Source: Parasitella parasitica NRRL 2501 (taxonomy: Eukaryota > Fungi > Mucoromycota). From it: a DNA stretch of 64,000 bases. Location: positions 5,184-69,183 of the forward strand of contig MU619238.1 in NCBI GenBank assembly GCA_025201805.1. Reading direction: 5' to 3'. Positions 48,701 to 59,340 of the stretch are shown in pieces; position 1 is the stretch's first letter, and every line of letters starts with the position of its first letter. The notes under the pieces are model-generated. The model searched no databases. It was not told the DNA's origin and saw only the letters and a list, made by a program, of their open reading frames with translations. A program made the translations under genes and the position numbers.

Positions 48701-51700
48701 GTATTGGTAACCCTGACGTAGAATACAGTATCTTGATTCACCTCGACACGACCGCCATCGAAAAAGTCTCTTTCCAGTTTGATGGCTTCTTTCTCAACTA
48801 CAGGCTCTTTGATATTATCAGGAACAGCGCTGGTTTCACCATGATTAGTCGTAGTGCTCTCTTCAACAAGCAAAGCAGGATGAGCTAATTCAGTAGATTT
48901 ATCAGTAAGAGATTTTGTAGCAGTAGTCGAAACCATAGTCGCAGACAAGGCGGTGGTGGCACCAATGGCAGCAGTGGCAGCAGCAGCAGAAGTAGCGTTA
49001 GTGGAACTAGCCATTGACGCAGTATATGCTCTAGTTGATGCAGCGCCAGTATTTTCACCATCATTTTCAATAGCTAGTGCATCAATGTAGGCGGCTTCAT
49101 TCGTGTAGACTTCGGCAGCATAAACAACACTTTTGCATACATCAGTATTCTTATATTCGTGTACCAAAATACGGCCCTTGACAGAAATGGCGGCATGAAG
49201 CTCTCGATCATCCTTGGTATCTTGTGTTTGAAATGGCCTCGGTACAGGCTTGAAAGTGACAGACACGGTTTTGGAAGCATGTGCATCAAGATGAAATACA
49301 ATACTCTCTGCAGTCTTTTTGAATATCGCGTTGTTTTCCTTGATACTACTGGCAGATGTTGCTGGTTCGATATTGTTAACATTAGCATCCTTGGCATTGG
49401 TTTCGACAGTAGACGGACAATCTGAAGATGGAGGTTCTTTTGCTTCAACATCATATCCAGTTTTGGGAGATTCGATGGGAGCAATGTTCTCTTTGGAATC
49501 AGAACCCTCATTTTCGCTTTCCAAATTCTTCAATTTAGCAAGTTTACGCAGGTACTTTTTGACTTTATCAGGCTGAGCTTTACGTTTAGCAATCTTGAGC
49601 TTTTGCTCCAAATTCTCAATTTCTTCTTCAGCTTCTTTAGTCAAGGTATTGGTGTCATCTTCCTTGACGTCAAATTCAAATTCACCATAGTAGCGGCCAA
49701 ATATCACCTCATTTGGATCCACCCTTACTTCAAACATGCGAGATTGCTTGTTGGTGTTTGTCAACACAATAGTCTCGGTGCGCTGACAAAGCTGATCTAC
49801 CAAGCAGCGTCCAAAGGAAATCTCCAAAGACTTGATCAAGAAAGTAGACGGCTTGCGAACTTGAGCTTTCAGCAGCAACACTTGATCGTTGGTGCGATCA
49901 CGGATATTCTCGACCACCAGTTTCTCCATGAACGGACCAGACAAAGTCGGTTCAAACACAAAATCAACCTCTCGCTTACCGTAGGAACGGACGACACCGT
50001 AACGACCTACATCCAGATCAATGTCTCCTGAAGCGATCGACCCTGATTTCCGAATAGCGTAGAGCAGAGGCGTCTCACTACGATTGTGCAACACAATTGT
50101 CTTGGCATGGCGTTCATTTCGCTCGACAAGCCCAAAGTTGATGTTCTTCTGACCCAAGTCCATCACAGAACGACACAGCTGAGAACGCAGAATCACCTCA
50201 CGTACAGGGATATCGGTCTGTCTCAAGTCCAGCAAGTTTTCAAATTCGGTTTGTTCGATATCACGGTCAAATTGCACTAATCTCAAAAAGATGCGAGCGT
50301 CTTGTTTCTTGGGAGCAGATTGGATATGGGGTTTAGTAGAGCCGCAGGGAGTTATTACTACGACAACTTCCTCCTCGCCCTTGGGATCAACATCAACGAG
50401 CGAAGTGCGCACCAAAACACCCTTCTCTACCAGACGATCGAGCTCTCTGCGCCATGCCAGTTGATATCGGACAAATTGCTCTTCGGCAGATTGTTTAGGA
50501 AACAAGGGAGGTGCAGTCTTGGAGCCGTGTTCAAGCACAGAGATCAAGTCTTCGAACGGAACACGCGATTTACCTGCAATGTCAGACCAGTCCAGATTCT
50601 TTCTAGACTTATACCTTGCAGCTGTGATGCCCAAAGAACGCTTGGTCTTTGCGTTACGTGTGCCATAGTTGTTGTGGCGAGTATGGTCAGACAATCTCGT
50701 GGTATCAATGCGTTTCTTTGTCGTGGATGATGAAGCTGCACTGCTACTGTTGATCTTGGCAGATGTAGAAACACGAAGGTGATGACGACCCCCGGCTGCA
50801 AGTGTTGCATCTTTGCTGGCATCGCCGTTTGCTCCATGTTTGGTGTTGGCGATGTGTCTGCTGTTGGTAGCATTATTGTGCTTTTTGCCTGTAACTGGCC
50901 GCTGATGATGCTGAGGCTTGTTGGGTTGCACAGCATCATTCAAATCCGTGTCCTTGCCATCCACGCAACCACTCTCTTCGGGTATATGCAATAATCTGCT
51001 GTGGCCCTTGCGATGGTTCTTCAAGAAGCTGGGATCTGAACTGACTTGGATCATCTTTCTTCTATAGGATTTGAGAGAGTGCAAAGATGGCAGGGCTAAA
51101 TCAAGGTAAGCAGTCGACGAATGAGCCTGATCAATCTTCAATTGCTGTACTGAATTACGGAAGCGTCTAGCAGCCATCAAGTCCTTTTTCGCATCTGATG
51201 TACGTCTTTTGCTGGTTGCTTCAGATTCAGAAATTGGCGTTTTCGATGTGTCCTTGGATGCAGGGGGTTTTGGTTTAGCAATGCGGCGGTTGCTGATTGA
51301 TTCCAGCAGGAGCTTGGACCGTCTTCTGCTACTGACTGTCGATGCGAGCGCAGTAGCGGGTATATCAGCAACAACGTCTCCCTTCTCAATGGCTTCGGCA
51401 GTAATAGAGTTGGAAAGCTTTGACGATGATGAAAGGTTGGCCGAATTTGTTGTCGCGGCAGACGCTGCATTCAGGGCAGCAGATGAGGCGACGGCGCTCG
51501 CTGTGGCAGCAGGCGTTGCGTTTTCGTTAATCTTGTTCTTATTTCGAGTGTAGATGGCAATATCATCGGGTATCGATGTGGTGATTTCCAGCTGCAGTGG
51601 CTTGTTTCTGATATTTTCGACCGTAAATGTTCGCAATGAAGGCGAATTGAGAGCAATCGAACCAAAGTCGAGGAAATTTGCACCTGTTGCCGTCAAGATG

Positions 51701-53868
51701 CGGTAAAACAAGGAATGAAAAGTTACTCTGTTCTTGTCAATGTTGGTGCTGTGGACTTCGATGATCTGGTCGTTGTCCTTGTTAATAAAGTTGACGAGGG
51801 TAATCTGCTTGCGATAGTCAGGATTGACTTTGCGAGGATACAAGTCCAACTTGAGTTCTACATAGCTTCTTGGCTGAATGGTGATTTCACCTCGTAGACA
51901 ATTGAGCACTTTTGAACTGAACTGAAGCTCCACACGTGCCAATATGTCTGAGCGGTTGAAGATGTTGATAGGCAGAGACTTGAGGGTACCCACGTCTGTA
52001 TCACCAAAGTTGATCACTTTTGGAATAGCTTCTACAAAAGAGGTGCAGGTTCTTGCCCTACATTGAATCACTTTTTTTTCTTTTGGCTCTTCCGTGCGAA
52101 AGGTACCATATTCAAGCAGAATTCTAAAATTCCTTCGAATTAGCTGACCGGCATTAAAGTCTGTAATACAGGCGTCCTTTTGCGGTCGATAGGAGACTTG
52201 GATCACTCGCTCAGTACCTGGTTTCAGCACAAAATCTTCGATGCGTGTATAGCTTTCAGTTGTGCTTAAAGTCTCAGGGGCGTTTGAGAAAGGAGCAACA
52301 ACCGAGGCAGATGATACTGAACCCGCGGGAGAATTCTCTACAAAGGAACCAGAATCTGGAAACATGCTGCTGTCAACGCTCATCAGACCACTCAAACCAA
52401 GCTCAGAATCAGAATCCTCCGGGATTGTTGGCTGCGATGGATAATGGATGCGAGAACTGCCAGGCGATTCGGTCAACGCAGGCGAACAGGAGCCATCGTT
52501 GTCAGATGCGCGGACTGGAGTAGGCGAGGATGATCGAGAGCTCAATTCGCTGTTAGGGCCTGATAGCTCACTCATACCCGTAGCAGGTGTGTTTACTCCG
52601 CCTGTGTTGTTGCGACTCGTGCTATTATTGCTGTATTTCCGTCTCGTCGAGTTCATTCTAGTCGAGTCCACACGATCCAAAAATGCCTCATTTCGCTCCA
52701 CAACAGTTGTATCTTGCTTGATGTCAAAAATGACTTCGGCGCCATCAGGCAAAAACCGCACTTCTAATGGCGATTCGCTGACATTGTTCAGCACGATTTG
52801 TTGCACAGCCCAAGCACCAGAAATACAATCACCAAAATCTACCACATTGCCGCTGCTAACGATCAACGTCTCCTTTCTCAGCACAGATCGAACGGTAGCA
52901 TGTACTTTGGTCTGCACTACATTGCGAGCGTCGTTTTCGTTTTCGACTTGCAAGTCGTAGTTGTATTCGCCGACCTCCTTGGGCATAAAGAGCATACGAA
53001 CTTGCTTGCTGGAATAACTGAGGATAGGCTCGTCCAAAACCAACGCAGCACCCGTATCCGCATCGACGAACTGCAACCAATCTGAATTACTGATATCCAT
53101 GGTGTTCAGCAGCCAATACAGATCAATCTCGGATCTATTCTGTATCGTAAAATCCTTGTAGTACGTCTCGCCCAATACACAATCATCAAAGTTCAAGCCA
53201 GTTTCTGCAACATCCGTCCACAACGCAGACTGGCACACACTCGCTCTGAATTTAACAGACACTTGGTAGTCGGCTAAACTGGAGGTGTATAGCACATCTT
53301 TTACTGCTGCGCCATCGTCGACCTGATTTCTATCAGCCGAGTTGCTGTAATATCCAAAGAAAAAAAGACTTCCAGTAACGTTAAACATACTGAATGTCTC
53401 GGTGTCATCTGCAACTGAAATATCAAAGTCATCTTCGTTGTTCTCTCGAGCATCATCGGCAAGACGAGACGAAGTTTCTGGTAAGAACGCCAATATAAAG
53501 CTGCGAGTCTGGCCAGCAGCCAAACTGATTTGGTCAATATGGTTGATGTAATTGAACAACTGATTAAATGGGTATTTTCCAGCCTCACGAGACCAGCTCA
53601 CAGTGTTGGTTGTCATGATGTTTTCTAGACTTGCTTGCGGGAGGCTGGATATGTTTTCGTTTTCTAATTGAAAAGCAATTTGATTTCGCAAATTAGACCT
53701 CATCTTGACGAGGATAGTCTGATCTGACAAGTTGTGAATCTCGAGTTTTCTGAGTGCATGCAGTCCGTTCAGATATACATTGTCTAGTGTGATGCGGCCA
53801 TGGAGTCCAGATAACTCAAACATTGGTTTTGTCGTGGTATTAGCGAGTGTCGTCGGTTCATTATTCAT
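45787..53868 (-). CDS. Giant intronless 2693-aa protein with tandem ASH/PapD-like Ig-fold repeats (Hydin/CFAP47-like architecture), function unknown
   Basis: Uninterrupted 8082-bp ORF. Recurrent [LI][DN]FG-x(10-14)-hxhxN[RT]S modules are separated by Ser/Ala-rich low-complexity inserts and a short coiled coil. Confidence 0.85.
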   Translation of the reverse strand: MNNEPTTLANTTTKPMFELSGLHGRITLDNVYLNGLHALRKLEIHNLSDQTILVKMRSNLRNQIAFQLENENISSLPQASLENIMTTNTVSWSREAGKYPFNQLFNYINHIDQISLAAGQTRSFILAFLPETSSRLADDARENNEDDFDISVADDTETFSMFNVTGSLFFFGYYSNSADRNQVDDGAAVKDVLYTSSLADYQVSVKFRASVCQSALWTDVAETGLNFDDCVLGETYYKDFTIQNRSEIDLYWLLNTMDISNSDWLQFVDADTGAALVLDEPILSYSSKQVRMLFMPKEVGEYNYDLQVENENDARNVVQTKVHATVRSVLRKETLIVSSGNVVDFGDCISGAWAVQQIVLNNVSESPLEVRFLPDGAEVIFDIKQDTTVVERNEAFLDRVDSTRMNSTRRKYSNNSTSRNNTGGVNTPATGMSELSGPNSELSSRSSSPTPVRASDNDGSCSPALTESPGSSRIHYPSQPTIPEDSDSELGLSGLMSVDSSMFPDSGSFVENSPAGSVSSASVVAPFSNAPETLSTTESYTRIEDFVLKPGTERVIQVSYRPQKDACITDFNAGQLIRRNFRILLEYGTFRTEEPKEKKVIQCRARTCTSFVEAIPKVINFGDTDVGTLKSLPINIFNRSDILARVELQFSSKVLNCLRGEITIQPRSYVELKLDLYPRKVNPDYRKQITLVNFINKDNDQIIEVHSTNIDKNRVTFHSLFYRILTATGANFLDFGSIALNSPSLRTFTVENIRNKPLQLEITTSIPDDIAIYTRNKNKINENATPAATASAVASSAALNAASAATTNSANLSSSSKLSNSITAEAIEKGDVVADIPATALASTVSSRRRSKLLLESISNRRIAKPKPPASKDTSKTPISESEATSKRRTSDAKKDLMAARRFRNSVQQLKIDQAHSSTAYLDLALPSLHSLKSYRRKMIQVSSDPSFLKNHRKGHSRLLHIPEESGCVDGKDTDLNDAVQPNKPQHHQRPVTGKKHNNATNSRHIANTKHGANGDASKDATLAAGGRHHLRVSTSAKINSSSAASSSTTKKRIDTTRLSDHTRHNNYGTRNAKTKRSLGITAARYKSRKNLDWSDIAGKSRVPFEDLISVLEHGSKTAPPLFPKQSAEEQFVRYQLAWRRELDRLVEKGVLVRTSLVDVDPKGEEEVVVVITPCGSTKPHIQSAPKKQDARIFLRLVQFDRDIEQTEFENLLDLRQTDIPVREVILRSQLCRSVMDLGQKNINFGLVERNERHAKTIVLHNRSETPLLYAIRKSGSIASGDIDLDVGRYGVVRSYGKREVDFVFEPTLSGPFMEKLVVENIRDRTNDQVLLLKAQVRKPSTFLIKSLEISFGRCLVDQLCQRTETIVLTNTNKQSRMFEVRVDPNEVIFGRYYGEFEFDVKEDDTNTLTKEAEEEIENLEQKLKIAKRKAQPDKVKKYLRKLAKLKNLESENEGSDSKENIAPIESPKTGYDVEAKEPPSSDCPSTVETNAKDANVNNIEPATSASSIKENNAIFKKTAESIVFHLDAHASKTVSVTFKPVPRPFQTQDTKDDRELHAAISVKGRILVHEYKNTDVCKSVVYAAEVYTNEAAYIDALAIENDGENTGAASTRAYTASMASSTNATSAAAATAAIGATTALSATMVSTTATKSLTDKSTELAHPALLVEESTTTNHGETSAVPDNIKEPVVEKEAIKLERDFFDGGRVEVNQDTVFYVRVTNTSDKPVELMLSTAQEPSVFYFDADEEVKGLLPGETKKIRYGIKPTQVGRQQFKFSVINKHTGSIQPFTIQCLVHCSTYLNFPSLDNEANGIMDLGFSYVDPGSKYSQVTPLLIENNSSQDVFITCQSNLSHQVLIFMDEAGEHGLVEMMPLKHKGMATVWVAVQPNLLTGYLGNSADECRKLVGGIKFSVYEKDDSDHEPKEQEMLLMLTQTVKFISIIGQSHLEVSDKVINLGYTDLLQQEICGAFTIKNKSGELPLDYDIECSSANIELDRRSGTLRGWRSPEIHRDSDIGYLDADEKKRKESLASPQPNDVSGSVDSVCRGSLNDCSSTAASLAQITFRINAYRYGLLNEKLIVTNKRNSQEVFVIRVRLFVNCKKLNAWTLPFKRRLLGNKPLNGYTNSCKQIDHHEADPLPVIKWESVYISPVAQQSEDETVLRMIELPEADANRLYVREIDIANTSGQPMQLVVMSDIDITAGFAVNENKIKNVAVEHKESLFAQRSGQVLLQPGQRICVRLHNPSAEKLDEDGRYLALQGQSGSLKGMMVLYDAHQKLEVLALELEALFCVSRTELVVDRIDLGKIGHSTSYKPARFEAEIRNLSDVPATYIINTPEFMSFTPLDRNGVAIKQKTFYIPSRKHQRIEGLLTPKQMPDQTSGLHRFDVQIENLRNHANVMHLHLKALMTVFELRFERLSSNGELVLPTLHHPIALQNAPCDNWFVIHNKTDDDLRFEIGADITPELSSYVNLDVLSRYTNSPLKGDIAIGPQGSIEVRVRASPNETSRLPCNRPELTDPAGVIMAKIWVTTSPAEDDDDEVEGVQTARMRETIPVRCALDETATFALSERRLDFKLVTYYQDNDNRSSDIMDSACMPENLPLTIINHANKVPLRFKVSVEGPAEFPANEIVMISGLNEDRSGTVEPGGTTTLSIAISNPKESMPGQLKIYVDDLDAFGGSRQTVSMYVDEIVWDL

Positions 53869-53987
53869 AATAAAGAGTTTCTATGAATTCTCATTAATNN
53901 NNNNNNNNNNNNNNNNNNNNNNNAAAAAAAAAAAAAAAAAAAAAAAAAAGTATTTACAAAGTATGTGTTGTTGTCCAAACAAGTCTT

Positions 53988-54023
53988 TGTCTTGTGTGTC
54001 TTTTGTGTCTTGTGTGTCTTGTG
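53988..54023. repeat. Minisatellite (TGTCTT[G/T]TG)x4 upstream of the giant ORF
   Basis: Four 9-bp units read directly, next to a poly-A run and gap 53899-53923. Confidence 0.85.
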
Positions 54024-54796
54024 TCCTCTGCGATGCCCTGCTGGTAAAGTACGTAGAAAAAGAGGCTTCTATGGAGTATTTAAAGAAGAAAACGAAGAAA
54101 AAAGAATAAGAAAAAATGAGAAACTGACAAAGCATTTCCACATCTAAAACATAATACGGCACATACAAACCTTGTGACACGTGTGGTTCAAACCAAAGAT
54201 CCCGACTTTTATAGTGAACGAATGGCTCAGTTAGTTGATGTATAAGAGCTTGTCGATTAGCTATTGATGAACCCTGTTTTTTATTTTATTTTATCAAGGT
54301 ATAATGATATGTGCAAAAGAAGAAGCACTTTGATCTCCGGCCCCAATTGCTGTTGCTTTGAAGGAACCACTCGAATTGTTTGTTGTGGTATTATTCCCAG
54401 CATGGGATTACGTGAAATGCTATACCGTTGGCTTTTTGTTTGGGCTCAAATATGCGCTCAAGTACATGTGATACTTTTCAACGCTTTTAATAGTATTCTA
54501 AAAGCAGCTTCTCGCTCGACGATAATACCGAATCCCTTGTTATGTGCTTCTCTAGTGGATGCATGTATGTAGTTGATTTTTGTGTTTATTTTCAAATGTT
54601 TGCATATGCCCCCATGATGCTGCCAAATATATACTATAGTTTTTGATGTGCAACCTTGAAAACGGGATTCCGTGTTTACGCAGCAATAGCAATCAAAGAC
54701 TGTCCATTTTCACCATGGCAGCGGAAAATTCATTACTAGCAGTATTATTAATCACCAAAGAACGGGGCCGTGGCTTTGACTAAAAATAAAAGATGG

Positions 54797-56559
54797 TTAT
54801 TTATTCTTGGTATACAGTCGTGTACACCATGATTGAATGACACGAGAAATGTACAGAGAACGAGGGGACCAACTAATGTAGCTAACATGATGTCCGGCCT
54901 ATTTGTCAACCGTGTTTAGTCTTTTCAACATGCACAACGTATCATAGCACAGACTTACAGGCAACAGAATAAGCGTGCATGTGGAATTGGGAGCAGTGGC
55001 TGAAATGGACGTTAGGATATTCTAACTAGGGCACTGAATTTTCAGCTTACCTTCATCGCAAGCAATCTTCATCGCTTTGGACATTTTGCATTCAGTAAGG
55101 CTATCACGTTCCCCTGCAACCAGTAAAAATGGTACCAGGCTCTTTGTCTTGGGCACTAGAGCCAAGGGAGAATGCTGGTTCAAGAAGTCGACATCTACTT
55201 TATCCAAGTTGGCTACCTTTTTACAAAAGAAAAGAGCATGGTGAGGATCGCTGATTTGGTCCAAAGAACCACTCAAGCTAACAACACCACGAACTGAGGT
55301 ATCCACACTTTCAAATCCTGGCTGAAACTGAGGATTATTCGTCGTCATAGAAACCATGCAAGCCAAGTGAGCACCGGCAGAGTCGCCTACGTTAACCATA
55401 AGAATGTGTTTCTAGATCAAAAGCAAATGTATTTTCACCTGACAAGACGATGAAGTTGGGGTCACCGCCAAACGACGAAATGTTTTGCTTTAACCAACGA
55501 ATGGCACGTTTGATATCCATCAGATGAGTAGGATAAGCATTCTTTGGAGCCAAGCGATAGCCGACATTGACAGTAATCTATGCCGACAAGTTAGAATCTA
55601 CAAGCTTGTGCAAGTACCACGTAGGCTTCCTTACCCAATTGTTCTCTGAGATCATCAACTTCTGAAACGGATAAAAAGTATCCTTGGAACCCATTCTCCA
55701 TGCTCCACCATGAATATGTACCTTTGTTGCATGCACACATTTAGGATCCAACGGGTAATCTTCCATATAAACGTGTGTACTTACTAAAACTGGCCTTAAT
55801 CTAGCGTCAGTTGTTGAAGGTACTTCCTGAGAGAAAATATCCAGCATCATTTTCCGAGGCTGACTAAAATCTTGGTTTGATGTTTCCAATGCGTCTCTAA
55901 TCTCCTCGTTTGTTGCATAGGTAACTGATAGGCAATGAATTGTTTAAACATTTTTACTATTATCACACAAGCACCTTACTGTTGGGATGAACTTTAATAT
56001 TTGCTGGTGTCCAAATGGGATTGATCAATTTCTTCAAATCGTCAAAGCTAACTATGTATTTGAGTAAACTGGACAATATTACACATCATTTTTCTTGTAC
56101 CAAATAATGCTAGCCATAGGCTTGCTTGTGTTGTCCAGAGATCTGATCGTCTCATCAGCTACACTTTTGTCTTTGAGCATTTCGAGGAACAAAACCGCAA
56201 GACCACCGAAATTAACAAAGTCGATGGAATAAAAGAGCCAAGCCAAAGTGTAATCTAGAAGTATATAAACATGAATCCAATGCAATTTTTTTTAAAAAAA
56301 ACAATCAGGGAACCAACTTACTGAATCCACCCAAGAAGCCGACAATCTTGATCCATACCAAATTAATAAATATAATTTGAAGGGAGAATTCAGTTACCAT
56401 GGAAGAGGTAACTTCGATAATAAATAGATACTTGCGCAATGAATGAGCGAATAGCTGCCTAATCACAGGCTTATCAAATGCGCAGAGGATGAAAAACGAG
56501 GTAAATAGCACAGAGAATATGTAGCTAGTAGCAGCAAATGCTGAAAATAGCGAAAGCAT
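54797..56559 (-). CDS. Membrane-anchored alpha/beta hydrolase (HSL-like esterase, isoprenylcysteine methylesterase/BD-FAE type)
   Basis: VHIHGGAWRMG, VNVGYRLAPKNAYPTHLMDIKRAIRW, GDSAGAHLA nucleophile elbow, AGERDSL, AGHH. N-terminal TM helices. Multi-exon. Confidence 0.9.
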
Positions 56560-56938
56560 ATTATCTGGCAAAAGAGACTGAAAGAAGGCTCTTTCCACAC
56601 TTTAAACAGCTCTTTTTAAATACGGTAGGCATCGTTGTCATGTGAAAAAGGGTCATCCTATTAAAGCTCCACATCAAAAAAAAAAGAAGAAGAATGCTTC
56701 ATCGTAACTTGTATCCATTCTTCCACTGAATTTTGCAATTATTTTGAAAATTTGTGTGAGGTCAAGTTGCCCAGAATAATGGGGTTAACTTGGTCAAATG
56801 ATTGAAACTGACTTGCCCAGCATTTTGAAAATAAATTTACTGCAATGTTCAAATAATTTGGCCAGCTTTTGATAACAATTCTTTATGAGTAAGTAATCGC
56901 ATTTTGGATGAAGTCTTAAAGTGAATAATAGTGAGGTA

Positions 56939-58171
56939 TCTATCTATCTATATAATTAAAAAAAATGGAGTCTGCTAACTTTTTTTACACGCTTCGTAAA
57001 AAATAGCTGCATTAAAGTCGCTTGAAGCTCTAAACCAAGGAGAAATGGAGTTAACAAATGCTTTAGTTGGTTTTTTCAGTTCCATTCCAGTTTGTTAAAT
57101 TTCGAGAAGTTGACATCGAGCCAAGCACATCCTCAATTTCAGAAACTAATTAAAAATACTTTAACACTTCAGAAAATTATAAGTAAAATGTGTGTATGAA
57201 ACAAAACATGAAATAGATGATCATGTACATTAATTTAAAATTAAAACTCTTTAAACAAAGTGAATAATGTCGAAATTCGGGCGAAAAAGCTTGAATCTTT
57301 CGAAATTGGACATGGTCTAACCAGCAAAGGCGACTTTTTAAGCTGCACATTCTGTTTTATTTAATGCAAATATGTTGACACTTTTTATTACTACAAACAC
57401 AGAGTGCCTGCTATCAGAATCTGCTCAAGTTGTGGTCAAGAAGGCCATTCGCGTTCTGCAAGCAGGCTTTGCCTCAATAACACCCGTGCTAATACTAACA
57501 TTTGCGGAAGCTGTGGTGTTATAGGCCATCATCGATCTTCTTATCGTCATTGCGCTAACAACATTGCTAATCGTATGACTCAAATTTGTTTTCACTTTAC
57601 AATCATAATCGAAGTCTTTGTATAAACTGGGATCTCAATCTGAAACTATGAAAGTAGATCAGCAAGCAGAAACAATCAGCGTTAATGATGCAACAACCAG
57701 CAGACGTGTTTGTTCAAGCTGTGGACAAGAAGGTCATTTGCGATCTACCAGTATATTATGTGCCAAATCAATACATAACAATACTCATAACATGGCTAGA
57801 AGAAGCACACCCTCTTTCACCGAACGCCATGATCTTGGTGGAAGGAACAGCATCTGTCACCATTGTCAAGCACGCATGTGGGCATAGAGAAAAATGGAGG
57901 CACCAGTGCAAACCCCGATTTCTCTTTGTGCATAGAAATGCCTCAACTACCAAAAACTATACTGGATCATACACCGATAATATTGTATTCCATGAAGCAT
58001 TTAAATAACTCTACCGATTTTTACGTTTGTTTTTTCTATTATGTCTTACTACATCTATATTTTTATTTCTGTCTAACAATATGTTTTAACTTACAATAAA
58101 AGAGCATTCAATATCTGAGCTCCCGGTAGGGCGACGATGGCCGTCGTGAGCGAAGCAAGCAGGTCAGCTAG
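56939..58171 (+). mobile_element. Non-autonomous (internally deleted) Helitron with both termini
   Basis: 5' A|TCTATCTATCTATATAATTAAAAAAAATGG; 3' GC hairpin (58131-58147) then CAGGTCAGCTAG|T, i.e. insertion into an AT site with no TSD. Internal zinc-knuckle repeats CSSCGQEGH and the Helitron N-terminal motif RHDLGGRNSICHHCQARMW. No Rep or helicase. Confidence 0.85.
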
Positions 58172-59340
58172 TTATCTTTAACGGAATCGCCTGAAGAATC
58201 TCAAAGCATCAATTTTAATATTACAGCACATGAATCAAGCGTCTATAATGCATTAGGCTCAGGTACTTTCAATTTCAACCAACAACAGCAACCAGCAGAA
58301 AGAGCCCAGCAGCGAAAAGCAGATGGCGAGTCTATATCAGACCTGGAGCATTCTACTGATGGGGAGAGTGATGAAGAGCACAAAATTCCCTCCGACTTAC
58401 CAATCGACCACCATCCATACCGTACTTGCGAGTACAGTCTTGAATTCATGGGTTCAGATGAGGAAAAAGAAGAAGAAGAGGAAGAAGAAGAAGAGGAAGA
58501 AGAAGAAAGAAACTCAACCAGATCTGCAAAGACTTCAAACGAGTCAAAATGGATGATAAATGACATCTGTATCTCTGATTTATGTCTTAGTTTTAAGGAG
58601 GCATCCTTAAAATTAGCCAAAAGCATTAATCCTTCACAACTATCTGATATTCGTCTCCTTGCCTTGAATGACATCTATAAATTTGATAGAGATTTCTCGT
58701 CTTCTATCAGCAAATATTTTTCAACCAAAGTTCACACCATGCTCAAATCGACTTTATCTTTTGATACTTATCTCCCTGCAAGAGGCTTAAATTGTTACGA
58801 CTGGTGCATGGATATTGAAGTATCACCTCCCGTTGACTGCATCGCTTCAATAACGCTGTGTGCCGATTTACTTACAAAAGCCTGTAACAGTAAAAATTTC
58901 TTGGATATACACACTGCCCAGATTTTGACCCAGATCCTCCCAGTTCTAGTCAATGGCCCTCCTGAAGATTCAACAGAAGATAGCTACGTACACTATTACC
59001 TTTCACCACTGCTATCATCGGTCTTCTCAACTGGTCCTCTGCTAAAGATGAAATGGGCCAATGGCAAATTAATGAAAAATCAAACATAATTCAAACCTGA
59101 TTTTCTGGTATACAATAACTCCGGCAGCAAGCAATATGTAATTATTATTGCAGAGTTCAAACCTTCCGAAAAAAAACTCGTACATTCAATCAGACCTGGT
59201 GAAGCTTGCAAAACAAACGAAGGAGATCTCAAACAAAATGATAATCAATGGAGTTTCAAAACCTGAAATCTGTGGTATTCACTGAGAAGGTGAAAACGTA
59301 TACACATACATCACCCATTATTCTGGGCAACTTGACCTCA
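58172..59340 (+). pseudogene. Pseudogene of an orphan PD-(D/E)xK nuclease-like protein
   Basis: The ORF with a poly-Glu tract and STEDSYVHYYLSPLL..KWANGKL stops at 59087. The same frame continues FKPDFLVY...IIIAEFKP, then after a frameshift SDLVKLAKQ...ICGIH*. Confidence 0.7.

Noticed and set aside
46240-53588. Many short ORFs antisense or out of frame within the giant gene
   Set aside because: Shadow ORFs of a long, relatively GC-rich coding sequence; no recognisable motifs.
53924-53949. Poly-A beside the intronless giant ORF as evidence of retroposition
   Set aside because: It lies at the gene's 5' end (poly-T on the coding strand), not at the 3' end.
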